DNA of 64,000 nucleotides, from IMG/VR virus record IMGVR_UViG_3300036768_001490, positions 96,001 through 160,000 of that record. One strand, written 5' to 3'. Of the stretch, positions 18,285 through 30,622 are shown piece after piece; within the stretch, counting starts at the first letter, position 1, and every line of letters begins with the position of its first letter. Source of the DNA: a virus. The notes under the pieces are model-generated. The model saw only the letters and a program-made list of their open reading frames with translations. It ran no database searches and was not told where the DNA came from. The position numbers were made by a program, and so were the translations under genes.

Positions 18285-18677
18285 TTACACCCGCGCCTGC
18301 ACCCGCATCCCGCCCTGGTCGTGCCGCTCGATGTCAGACGGGTCAACGGCGTCGGTCCAGTACCATTCCACCAGTTCCACGTCGGTGACAGCCTCGAAGC
18401 GGTGCCACTCGCCCCGTCCGCAGACCAGCTTCTGACCCGCCGTGAGACGGACCGTGGCGCACGGGTCCTGGTCCCCACGCTGACGGTAAAAATGGACCAG
18501 CAGCTCACCGCGGACCACGTAAAAGGCGTTAGACTTGTCGCGGTGACAGTGCTGGCTGCTGTAACCGCCCGCCCGGATGGAAGCGTGGTGGACCTCGAAA
18601 GCGTGGCTGCGCTCCAGACCACGGTTGGTCCCCCAGGACTTCTCCAAGGCCACCGGCTCCGTCACTTCCGCTGGCAT
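18285..18677 (-). CDS. cupin-domain protein
   Basis: KSWG; SSQHCHRDKSNAFYVVRGEL; GEWHRFEA. Confidence 0.78.
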   Translation of the reverse strand: MPAEVTEPVALEKSWGTNRGLERSHAFEVHHASIRAGGYSSQHCHRDKSNAFYVVRGELLVHFYRQRGDQDPCATVRLTAGQKLVCGRGEWHRFEAVTDVELVEWYWTDAVDPSDIERHDQGGMRVQARV

Positions 18678-18721
18678 GCTCTCTTCTCCCCGGCGAAGAA
18701 CACCACGGCCGGCCCAGCGCC

Positions 18722-19345
18722 TCATTCCGTCACGGCCGGCGGCAGGCTCAGGGAGGACTGCCACGGCGGCGCCGGCGCTGCCAGCACCGCGCACCAGTAG
18801 GGCCGGCCCGAGCTGTCATAGGACAGGCCGAAGCCGGCATGCTGGTAGGCCGTGTCCTGGATGTTCTGCCGGTGGCCCGGACTGCTCAGCCAGGCCGCCA
18901 CCACCTGCTCCGGCCCCCGCTGGCCCAGGGCAATGTTCTCTCCACCCGTGCGCAGGCGATAACCCGCCAGGTGGACCCGTTCGGCAAGATTACGGCCAAA
19001 GAAGCCCGGCGTCCCCGTCTCCTGCCAGTGCTCCAGGGACCGGTTCAGAGACATCCAGTCCGCATGCTTCTGGGCCGCCAGGTGCAGCTTCCGGTCCAAA
19101 GACAGCGGACGCGCGCCGACCTGGGCGCGAGCCCGGTTGTGCAGCTCCAGCAGCCGGTAAGAAGTCGCGTCCGGTGCCGGCTCCGGCGGCGGAGGAGCTG
19201 GCAAAGGCGGCGGGGCCGAGGGGGACGCCGGGGGCGGAGCAGGCGCGGGCGACGGCGCCCCGCCCAGCGCGGATAGCAGCCAGTCCAGCAGGCTGCCACC
19301 AAGCTGAATGCACAACTGCCACAGGCTCTGCCAGAGCGACGACAT
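18722..19345 (-). CDS. CAP/SCP-domain protein with Pro-rich linker
   Basis: HNRAR; AAQKHADWM; GENIA; WLSSPGHRQNI; YWC. Confidence 0.9.
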   Translation of the reverse strand: MSSLWQSLWQLCIQLGGSLLDWLLSALGGAPSPAPAPPPASPSAPPPLPAPPPPEPAPDATSYRLLELHNRARAQVGARPLSLDRKLHLAAQKHADWMSLNRSLEHWQETGTPGFFGRNLAERVHLAGYRLRTGGENIALGQRGPEQVVAAWLSSPGHRQNIQDTAYQHAGFGLSYDSSGRPYWCAVLAAPAPPWQSSLSLPPAVTE

Positions 19346-19399
19346 GGAACGGTCCTCCTCTTCTTTTTTCCTCCCCTGTGCCTGCCACTCCCACCGGCC

Positions 19400-20443
19400 T
19401 CAGCGGCCGCCGCCAGCGGGCAGGCGCCGGTACTGCTGGAAGTAGTCGTGCGCCGGATAGACGAAGCAGCCGTACTCCAGCGTGTCCGCGGGACGGTGAA
19501 TGCCGTCGTCGATGTCCTGGTTGCTGGGCAACTTGCCCGTAAAGGGACGCACCGCGACGGCGTGAGACGGTGGCGGCAGGAAGGACCGCCAGACGGCGGC
19601 GCCGGCCGTGTCCCGCCGCAACAGGAGAGACGGATCCTGCTCGCGCGGGCTGAAGGCGTACGCCCGCCCGGTCCAGGCCGAGACGAACCACTGCCAGGTG
19701 TGCGTGTAGTCGCTGTCCGGATAGTTCGGGTCGATGTAGCGCACCACCCAGTCCCGCGTCCGGTAGCCCTGGCCGTTGTCGAAATCGACCTTGTTGGATG
19801 TGATGTGCGTCAGCAGGATGGCGTGGTTCCCCTCCCGCACGGTAGAGATGCTGGCCACGACGGGCAGCCCCTCCCGCAACTGCTGCATCAGCCAGTCATA
19901 CCCCGCCCGGGTGTTGCCGTGCGGGTTGGTCCGCGCCCGCACACGCAGCGTCCGCAGCCAGTAGGCCACCGCCTCGTCCGTAGCTCCCGAGTGGAAGCCG
20001 ATGCCGCTCTCGACCACCTGGCGCGTGATCGTGGTCAGCGGCGCGATGCCGGCGTGCCGCCCCGCCATCTCCGCGCAGCACCACCAGCAGATGCCGTGGT
20101 CCCGACGGTTGCCCACACGCTCCTGCACGGTGATCGGGGCTTCCTGCCCCCGCGCCGCTGCCGCCAGCAGCAGACAGACAGCCACGACCAACACGTGGAC
20201 GACCGCGGCTACCCAGAACAGCCGCCGTGCCAGCGGACATTTGCCACTGCCTCCACGGGCAGCGTCCTTCTCTTCCCGCAACGGACGGGAACAGGCCCTC
20301 CGGCACACGCCCCGCGACGGACAGGAGGCCCGGCAACGTCCACCACCGTCCGCGTCCGGCCCCACGCCCACGCCACCTGCCATACCCTGACCTCCTTGTG
20401 GAGCAGGCACGGCCATCCTGGCCATCCGCGAGGACTGCTCCAT
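19400..20443 (-). CDS. secreted papain-like (C39-like) cysteine peptidase; true start probably near 20200
   Basis: Signal-like VLVVAVCLLLAAAARG; GICWWCCAEM (Cys), NHAILL (His), YIDPN (Asp). Confidence 0.6.
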   Translation of the reverse strand: MEQSSRMARMAVPAPQGGQGMAGGVGVGPDADGGGRCRASCPSRGVCRRACSRPLREEKDAARGGSGKCPLARRLFWVAAVVHVLVVAVCLLLAAAARGQEAPITVQERVGNRRDHGICWWCCAEMAGRHAGIAPLTTITRQVVESGIGFHSGATDEAVAYWLRTLRVRARTNPHGNTRAGYDWLMQQLREGLPVVASISTVREGNHAILLTHITSNKVDFDNGQGYRTRDWVVRYIDPNYPDSDYTHTWQWFVSAWTGRAYAFSPREQDPSLLLRRDTAGAAVWRSFLPPPSHAVAVRPFTGKLPSNQDIDDGIHRPADTLEYGCFVYPAHDYFQQYRRLPAGGGR

Positions 20444-20568
20444 CTCCTCATCCTGCCGAACTCAGACCAGCGCTCCACGGCGCCTGGCCTTCCCCCTCAC
20501 AAGCTGCAAGGTGGCGGTCTTAGAAGTTATGGAGAACGGGTTAAGCTACCCCGCTAGAGAGAATAGCT

Positions 20569-20608
20569 AAAAGAAAGACCCCGATCAATCCAACAAGGAT
20601 GATCGGGG
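20569..20608 (-). terminator. intrinsic terminator after the TROVE gene
   Basis: CCCCGATC/GATCGGGG hairpin followed by TCTTTCTTTT. Confidence 0.75.
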
Positions 20609-20659
20609 CCAAAGGAGTCTGGAAGCAAGCCCGCCGAGGCAAGCAGATGGCCAAACGGT

Positions 20660-22345
20660 CTAAATCTCGACTGCCTTGACCATGTCCACGAACCGCTGGC
20701 TGTCGTCAGCCAGGTGCGCGGCCATGACCTCAAAGACCACGTCGCTGAAGCCGCCGATATTCAGCGTTTCGGCAGTCTCCGGGGCCTGGGAGCTGCCGCC
20801 CATCTGCAAGTCACAGCAGATGAGCTTCGGCCGCGGAAACCGACCCAACCGCCGCTGGTTGGCCACAAACTTATCCCACTCATGCACGAGTGCCGTGACA
20901 CAGTGGAACATCCTCACTGACGGCGTTACCCAGCTCTGATTGTCAGAGATCAGGATAACACCGCAGAACGCCCGATCCTTGAGTTTCTCGTTGGCGTGCG
21001 CAACCGGCAAATGGCAGTCGGTGCCGCCACCGCCGAAGCGCGAAAGCCGAGTCGAGATGCTCAGAATCTGATCGCCCGGGTCAGCGCTGAACGGACGGAC
21101 CCAGTCGCTGAATGGCACGACGACCGAGTCGGGATTCTTGCGCAGAATCGCTGCTGAGATCAGCGCCGCCACGTCGATGCACCGCATCTTCGAGGACTGC
21201 CCCGGCTTGTCACGGCGTCCCGTGATCGGCGCAAGCATGGAACCGGAGACGTCGCAGCCAATGACGACAGGGCCAGGGAACTTCGGCACCGCCTCGCACG
21301 CCACCTCCGCGGCATCGTTGAGGGCCTTGCGGATGCAGTACGGGATCTCCTCGCTGGCGTTCAGATACGCCGCGAAGAACTGGTACGGCATCTGCTTGGA
21401 CCGACGGACCTCGTTCATGTCGGCAAGACGGCTGGCCACCTCATCGACCATGCGCGGGTCCCGGAATACACCGTGGCGGTTGAGCGTATTCAGGTTCATG
21501 CGCAACGCCTGGTAGCCCATGTTCCTGGCTATCTCCGCCCACACCGGACTCGGACGGACCAGGCGCCGGGTGGCGCCACAACCCTCGTACACCTCGCCCT
21601 TGACCGCGTCCACCAGGAGATCCCAGCGGATGTAGGTCTTGGCGAACTGCCGCGCAAGCTGCACCTGCTCGTCCGGGTCCGTGGTGCCGCGGAACCGGTC
21701 GAGCAGCCGGATCTCCAGCGGGAGATCGTCGTAGGTAGCCGGCCTCCACTTCTCGACCGGATTGCCGCACAGCCAGCCATACAACGCGCGACGGGCATTG
21801 TTGGGCGGCGTCGGCCGCACCAGGCGCAGCACGTCGCGCAACGACGGGTTCTTGCCGACCGAGGCCGACAGGAGCTTGTCGTCGCTAGCGTTGTTCAGCA
21901 GCCTGGACATGACCCGCTGCTTGGCGTGGCTGAAGCACCGCTTCCTGGTGCCGGCGCCGCTGCGCACCATCTGGAAGGCCGTCAGGATCATCTTGCCACT
22001 GTCCACGACACGGTCAGCAATCCGGTCCCACAGCTTGATGTCCATATCGGCGAGCTTCGCCCAACCCGCCGCCGGGGCGTCCTTGAGCAAACCGTCCCGA
22101 CGCGCGGCAATGCACGCCTTGGCCAAGAACTCGGGCGTCACGCACGCTGCCAGCTCGTGAAACCTGGCAAGCTGCTCGGCGCCGCTCTCGTAGTACGCCC
22201 CGTTGAAGCAGGACGTGAACAGGAACTGTGCCAGGGCATGTTCGGACCCGTAAGCGTAAGCCGAGCCGCCAGCCTGATTGATGGCATCAACCGGGCGGTC
22301 AACCAGGGCGGACGAACTGGTGCCGAAGAGGGACTTGCTGGCCAC
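20660..22345 (-). CDS. Ro60/TROVE-domain RNA-binding protein
   Basis: N-terminal NQAGGSAY..SEHALAQFLFT; LRMNLNTLNRHGV; vWA MIDAS DVSGSM; GGGTDC; IGGFSDVVF. Confidence 0.92.
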   Translation of the reverse strand: MASKSLFGTSSSALVDRPVDAINQAGGSAYAYGSEHALAQFLFTSCFNGAYYESGAEQLARFHELAACVTPEFLAKACIAARRDGLLKDAPAAGWAKLADMDIKLWDRIADRVVDSGKMILTAFQMVRSGAGTRKRCFSHAKQRVMSRLLNNASDDKLLSASVGKNPSLRDVLRLVRPTPPNNARRALYGWLCGNPVEKWRPATYDDLPLEIRLLDRFRGTTDPDEQVQLARQFAKTYIRWDLLVDAVKGEVYEGCGATRRLVRPSPVWAEIARNMGYQALRMNLNTLNRHGVFRDPRMVDEVASRLADMNEVRRSKQMPYQFFAAYLNASEEIPYCIRKALNDAAEVACEAVPKFPGPVVIGCDVSGSMLAPITGRRDKPGQSSKMRCIDVAALISAAILRKNPDSVVVPFSDWVRPFSADPGDQILSISTRLSRFGGGGTDCHLPVAHANEKLKDRAFCGVILISDNQSWVTPSVRMFHCVTALVHEWDKFVANQRRLGRFPRPKLICCDLQMGGSSQAPETAETLNIGGFSDVVFEVMAAHLADDSQRFVDMVKAVEI

Positions 22346-22421
22346 GGTGTTGGCCTCCTTGGGTCATTGGAGTAAGCGCAGGTCGAACCCGTATCCCATC
22401 ACTGGCGGTGAGTACGCTCCA

Positions 22422-22555
22422 CCGAGACAGTCAGATTGTTCACACAACGGGAGTCGAAGGGCGAATACCGACGAGTTCTCGAAGCAGCCTTTCTATCCTC
22501 AAGATGAAAGCCGCCCCGACAGTCGGTATGCTCCTTTCAGAATCAGACCATTCGG
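22422..22555 (-). ncRNA. candidate Y RNA (Ro60 partner)
   Basis: Terminal stem CCGA-AUGGUC-U-GAUU / AAUC-U-GACUGU-C-UCGG; GGUCUGA and CUGACU resemble the GGUCCGA/UUGACU Ro-binding helix; internal AUACCGAC/GUCGGUAU stem; immediately upstream of Ro60. Confidence 0.5.
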
Positions 22556-22574
22556 AGTCTCTTGATCTTCCAAC

Positions 22575-22728
22575 TGCTGAGCCGCCGAAGGTTCGCCATG
22601 ACCAAGGACTCGAACCCAGAACAGAGAGATTACGGGCCCAAGAATGGCAGCCAGGTTAACTGGGTCCCGACGAATTCGTCGCGGCAGAGAAACATTCAGC
22701 ATGTACTCCGCCACAGCAGTCGGGATGC
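22575..22728 (-). ncRNA. structured RNA with a long hairpin and a tRNA T-arm-like element (possible second Y-like RNA)
   Basis: UCCCGAC/GUCGGGA and GUGGCGGAG/CUCUGCCGC stems; CUGGGUUCGAGUCCUUG T-arm-like element at about 22603-22619. Confidence 0.42.
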
Positions 22729-22737
22729 CTATAAAAC

Positions 22738-22765
22738 ATGGTAGCGGGACGAGTGCCAAAATCAA
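22738..22765 (-). promoter_or_regulatory. possible sigma70-type promoter for the ncRNA-Ro60 unit
   Basis: TTGATT-16 nt-TACCAT directly after a terminator hairpin. Confidence 0.4.
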
Positions 22766-22799
22766 GAGGTTCGCGCCAGAAATCCGGCGCGAACCTCTT
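22764..22799 (-). terminator. terminator hairpin after the 1266-aa gene
   Basis: Perfect 14-bp stem AAGAGGTTCGCGCC/GGCGCGAACCTCTT. Confidence 0.7.
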
Positions 22800-22851
22800 C
22801 TCGCCGCATGGGACAATGACTTCCTTCCGTCTGCCACGCCCGCAGCCAGCC

Positions 22852-26652
<3,801 letters not shown>

Positions 26653-26774
26653 GCTTACCTTCCCGGGACAGGATGGCCAGAAGTGTCAGGAGACATCATC
26701 ACTGTCGCCAGGCCAGGGACAGCAGCAGGGATGGTGGGAGGGCTGGCAGCCATCCCACCATCCCTGCCACGTTC

Positions 26775-29444
26775 CTAGCGACGGCCGCCACTTGCCAGCT
26801 GGGCCAGCGCCTGGGCATTGGCGGACACGCGGTCGCCGATGGAGCCTATCGCTCCGCCGAGCGTGCCGCCGGCCAGAATGCCTGGCAACAGGCGGAGCAG
26901 GGCCCCATACCTTCCTCCTAACCGACCACCGCCGACCGGCAGCCGTTGCAAGTGGCGTGGCAAGTTGCTCAGTCCCTGGGACGCCCGCAGGTAGGCGTTG
27001 CGCATGGCGGGCATGGCAGTTCTGGCAGGACTCAACAGGTGCTGGGCACCGGCACCGATCATGGAACCGATAGCGGCGCCGCCAATGCCGATGGGGCCGA
27101 TGCCCTGGTCGTCAACTGCCTGGGGTTGCTGCTGCGCCGGGGCTGTCTGCGTGCCGAAGAAGAGCGCCTTCTTCGTCATCCGTTCCAGTTCCTTGGCGCC
27201 ACGGCTGACAGGCCCCGTGAAGGTGCGCTGCTTCGTGTACCGCAAGCGCGGTCTCGAAGGGAGGACATCCAAATCGGAATCCTCCTCATCGGCCTTCTTG
27301 GCCCAGGCCACCGTGCTGCGCGCTATCTTGGTCGCCAGCACGCCGCGCTGCTCGCCATTCAGGTGAGGATAGGCGGACCGGATCGCCCGCGTCAGCGACT
27401 TGCCGGCTAGCAGCTCGCTCTGGAGCTTGCGCACCTGCGCCGCCTTCTCCAGCGGCAGAACCCGGCAGATGTCATCCAGGTGGCTGCACATCAAACAGGC
27501 CGCCTGCTGCCGCACCAGGTCGCTCGCCTTCTTGACGACCGCCGAGCGCATGGCGTTCAACAGCAAGTCAGAAGCCCGCTTCTGCCGCCGCCGACGCCGG
27601 AGAAGGCGACCGATGCCGTAACCCGCCGAACCACCAGCACCCAGAAGACCGCCGCCAATTATCAAGGCGCGCGCTACCGGGTCCATCGACTCCCAATTCT
27701 TCTGGGCACTGTCCAGCAAGGGTGCAACACGCTCAGCGTAAAAGGCAGGGATGTCCTTCTCCACGAGCCCCCTGGCCCTCTCCTGCATCGCCTGCCAGCC
27801 CTCCTGAAGAGGAGCGCCAAACTGATTATACAGTTTCCGCAGCCAGCCAGGCTCTTCCTCCACATTGCTTGTCGTCGCACCACTGCCTGCAGCCGCACCA
27901 CTGCCTGCAGACGCATCGCTCGCTGCGGCCGCATCGCTTGCCGCCGCAGCCGCATCGCCCGCTGCCTTCACGCCTCTTCTCTTGCGCAGACGCCGGAGAA
28001 GACGGCTGAGGCCGTAACCCGACGCACCGCCAGCACCCAGAAGTCCGCCACCAACTATCAAGGCGCGCGCCAACGGGTCTAGCGACTCCCAATTCTTCTG
28101 GGCACTGTCCAGCAAGGGCGAAACACTCTCTGTGTAAAAGGCAGGGATGTCCTTTTCCACGAGCCCCCTGGCTCTGTCCTGCACCGCCTGCAAGCCCTCA
28201 TTAAACCTGTTCACCAGGGGAGCGCCATGCTGCTCATACAGTTTCCGCAGCCAGCCAGGCTCTTCCTCCACGTTGCTTGTCGCCGCACCACTGCCTGCGG
28301 CCGCACCACTGCCTGCGGCCGCACCACTGCCTGCGGCCGCATCGCTTGCCGCCGCAGCTGCATCGCCCGCTTCCTTCTCGCCTCTTCTCTTGCGCCGGCG
28401 CCGGCGCTCTATCAGGCGATCCAGGCCGAAGCCGGCCAGGCCGCCAGCTCCCAGAAGTCCGCCGCCAATCAGCAGGGCACGGGTGGTCGGGTCCAGCTTG
28501 TCCAGCCCCAGTCTGCTCCCCAGACGGGACAGCCAGTTCAGACTACCGGAGTCATCAGGCGCTGTAGGCAGAGTTAGCAAGCTCTTCAGGCGGCGGAGAT
28601 GCTCATCCTTGATAGGAGACGAAGCTAGCCCGCGATTCAGACGGTGGATAGACTCAGCAGCCGCGATAGGAGGAGAAGTTAGCCAGCGACTCAGGCTGCG
28701 AGAGAGAGGACCAATATAACTATTATCATTGGTAGGAGGCGAAAGTAGCTGGCTCTGCAGTTGCTCAATGTTCTTCAGATTGCGGCTAAACTCATCTCCG
28801 ACAGAATCCTGAGACGGAGGAGGTATCTGGCGTCGCAGGTTGCGGAAAAGCCCAAGATTATCATTATTGTTAGAAGGCGAACTATCATCCTTGGTAGGAG
28901 AAATTAGCCAGCGCTGCAGGTGCTGCAGGTTGCGGAGAGGCTCCTCCTCAGCAAGAGGCTGAGGCGGAGCTAGATATTTCCTCATGTAGCCGCTGAGAGA
29001 TGAATCAATAGGCTCTCCACGGGAAGGCGCGGCCATCTTTTGGAACCAAAGACGGCGCACCGCCGGCACGGTCGTCTCGTACAGCTCCTGGAGTCTCCTA
29101 GCCCCCAGGGAAGAACCGGAACCACCGGCCACCCCGGCCCTCTTCTCTCTTCTCCGTGCGTCCATGTCGATCCTCCGTCTGACGCCGGCGGACGTGCCGG
29201 CAGGAAACGTCTCCATGCCAGCCACTCCCCGGGCCGGCCCACCCAGCGCCGCCATGTCCGGCGCACCGTCCACGGCGCTGCACCTCTTCTCCCTCCCCTT
29301 CCCGTTCCCCTTCCCGTTCCCCTTCTTCTGGCCAACGCGCTCCGGCAAGTCCGCGTCGTCCGGGGTATGGGCCTCCCAGCGCCGCGCCATCTCCGGATCG
29401 TTGGCCCACATCCAGCGGCGCTGCGCCTCGCTACGAAAAGGCAT
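26775..29444 (-). CDS. putative virion polyprotein with internal tandem repeats and K-x-A motifs
   Basis: Start moved to MPFRSEAQRRWMWAN (phage-type N-terminal motif); about 9 K-x-A motifs. Confidence 0.72.
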   Translation of the reverse strand: MPFRSEAQRRWMWANDPEMARRWEAHTPDDADLPERVGQKKGNGKGNGKGREKRCSAVDGAPDMAALGGPARGVAGMETFPAGTSAGVRRRIDMDARRREKRAGVAGGSGSSLGARRLQELYETTVPAVRRLWFQKMAAPSRGEPIDSSLSGYMRKYLAPPQPLAEEEPLRNLQHLQRWLISPTKDDSSPSNNNDNLGLFRNLRRQIPPPSQDSVGDEFSRNLKNIEQLQSQLLSPPTNDNSYIGPLSRSLSRWLTSPPIAAAESIHRLNRGLASSPIKDEHLRRLKSLLTLPTAPDDSGSLNWLSRLGSRLGLDKLDPTTRALLIGGGLLGAGGLAGFGLDRLIERRRRRKRRGEKEAGDAAAAASDAAAGSGAAAGSGAAAGSGAATSNVEEEPGWLRKLYEQHGAPLVNRFNEGLQAVQDRARGLVEKDIPAFYTESVSPLLDSAQKNWESLDPLARALIVGGGLLGAGGASGYGLSRLLRRLRKRRGVKAAGDAAAAASDAAAASDASAGSGAAAGSGATTSNVEEEPGWLRKLYNQFGAPLQEGWQAMQERARGLVEKDIPAFYAERVAPLLDSAQKNWESMDPVARALIIGGGLLGAGGSAGYGIGRLLRRRRRQKRASDLLLNAMRSAVVKKASDLVRQQAACLMCSHLDDICRVLPLEKAAQVRKLQSELLAGKSLTRAIRSAYPHLNGEQRGVLATKIARSTVAWAKKADEEDSDLDVLPSRPRLRYTKQRTFTGPVSRGAKELERMTKKALFFGTQTAPAQQQPQAVDDQGIGPIGIGGAAIGSMIGAGAQHLLSPARTAMPAMRNAYLRASQGLSNLPRHLQRLPVGGGRLGGRYGALLRLLPGILAGGTLGGAIGSIGDRVSANAQALAQLASGGRR
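27575..28385 (-). repeat. two tandem ~400-bp intragenic direct repeats
   Basis: GDAAAAASDAAA...SNVEEEPGWLRKLY...LDSAQKNWES.DP.ARAL..GGGLLGAGG occurs twice. Confidence 0.88.
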
Positions 29445-29472
29445 GACTGGTTCTCCCTTCCTGTCGGCGCAA

Positions 29473-30000
29473 CTATCCTTCACCCCTACCTGCCGCTTCC
29501 TTATCCCCGCCCTCTCCGTCCCGGAGGAAAAATCGGAGGCAGCGCTCCTCGGTGCCGGCCGGCAGGACGCCCCGGAACCGGTCCAGATAGGACAGCAAGG
29601 CCCCACGGAGAAGCTGACGGTCCACGGAAACGTGGACCTCCTGGTCCTCGTCGGTGCCCAACGTCAGACGGTAACGGCCGGTAGGGACCACTACCCCGGC
29701 AGCGGGACAGCGCAGGAACTGCCGCGCGCACAGGATGCGGAACAGACCGCCGCGCGTGTGCAGGGCGAGCGAGTTCTCCACCCACTCCGAGGACCAGCCG
29801 TCCGGGCCAGAGGAGACCGGCGGCGCCGCGTCCGTCTCTGCCTCGGACAGGAACCCTTCCAGATAGGCCACGCCAGCAAGCACCTGGCGCAGGCCGAACG
29901 CCAGCTCGGGGTGGTCTGTCTCCCGGAGTAGACCGTCCGCAAGTAGCAGCAGGCGCCGCAGCTCGCCACGGGACGGAAAGTTGGCGGGCAACACCGGCAT
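29473..30000 (-). CDS. hypothetical protein
   Basis: ORF fits gene order; GGAAAGG upstream. Confidence 0.55.
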   Translation of the reverse strand: MPVLPANFPSRGELRRLLLLADGLLRETDHPELAFGLRQVLAGVAYLEGFLSEAETDAAPPVSSGPDGWSSEWVENSLALHTRGGLFRILCARQFLRCPAAGVVVPTGRYRLTLGTDEDQEVHVSVDRQLLRGALLSYLDRFRGVLPAGTEERCLRFFLRDGEGGDKEAAGRGEG

Positions 30001-30117
30001 GGCCTTTCCTCCATGAAACAGCCAGCCAGCATTATCTCGTTTTAACGGGTGTCACGCCAGGCGGACCTGGGGGCTCCGCCCACGATGGGATCCAACCCAC
30101 ATCACCCATCATCCACC

Positions 30118-30570
30118 TCAACGGGGCGTCCACGGAAGAGAAGGAAAAGTGGAAACGTTGCCTTCCAGAGTGTCTTGTCCAGGGGCGTCGCTGCCCGTCA
30201 CGGCGATGGCATGGCACTCCTGCATGGTGCCAGGGACGTGAGTACCCGGGCAGATCACCAGCGTGTCGTTGTTGGACAGCCGGACGCCGTGGTTGAAGTC
30301 CACGAAGAAGTTCTCCACGACACGGTTCCTCTGCAAGAAGTCGCTCGCCCAGGACAGAAAAGCGCCGACCGGGGCAGAGGCCAGCTCGCGGGCCAGGTCC
30401 AGCGCCTGCGGCTGCGGTCCCTCCATCCAGCGGCGAGCCGCCGCCTCCCTGTGCTCCTCCACGTACCGGTCCCACAGGTACTGAAGCAGATGGGGCAGAC
30501 TAGCCTGCCTGCGGGGGACGCCGCCATCGCCAGCAGAAGTGATAGGATGGATCGAAGCAGATGGGAACAT
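30118..30570 (-). CDS. hypothetical protein
   Basis: Start moved to MFPSASIHP after AAAGG. Confidence 0.5.
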   Translation of the reverse strand: MFPSASIHPITSAGDGGVPRRQASLPHLLQYLWDRYVEEHREAAARRWMEGPQPQALDLARELASAPVGAFLSWASDFLQRNRVVENFFVDFNHGVRLSNNDTLVICPGTHVPGTMQECHAIAVTGSDAPGQDTLEGNVSTFPSLPWTPR

Positions 30571-30622
30571 AGGCCATTTCCTTTCTGAACTTCTCTGGAA
30601 CTTCTCCGGGTCAGAGTGAGGG

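Noticed and set aside
22575-22660. Canonical tRNA gene
   Set aside because: A T-arm-like motif is present, but only about 24 nt separate it from the possible acceptor strand, too short for D and anticodon arms, and there is no CCA. Kept only as tRNA-like.
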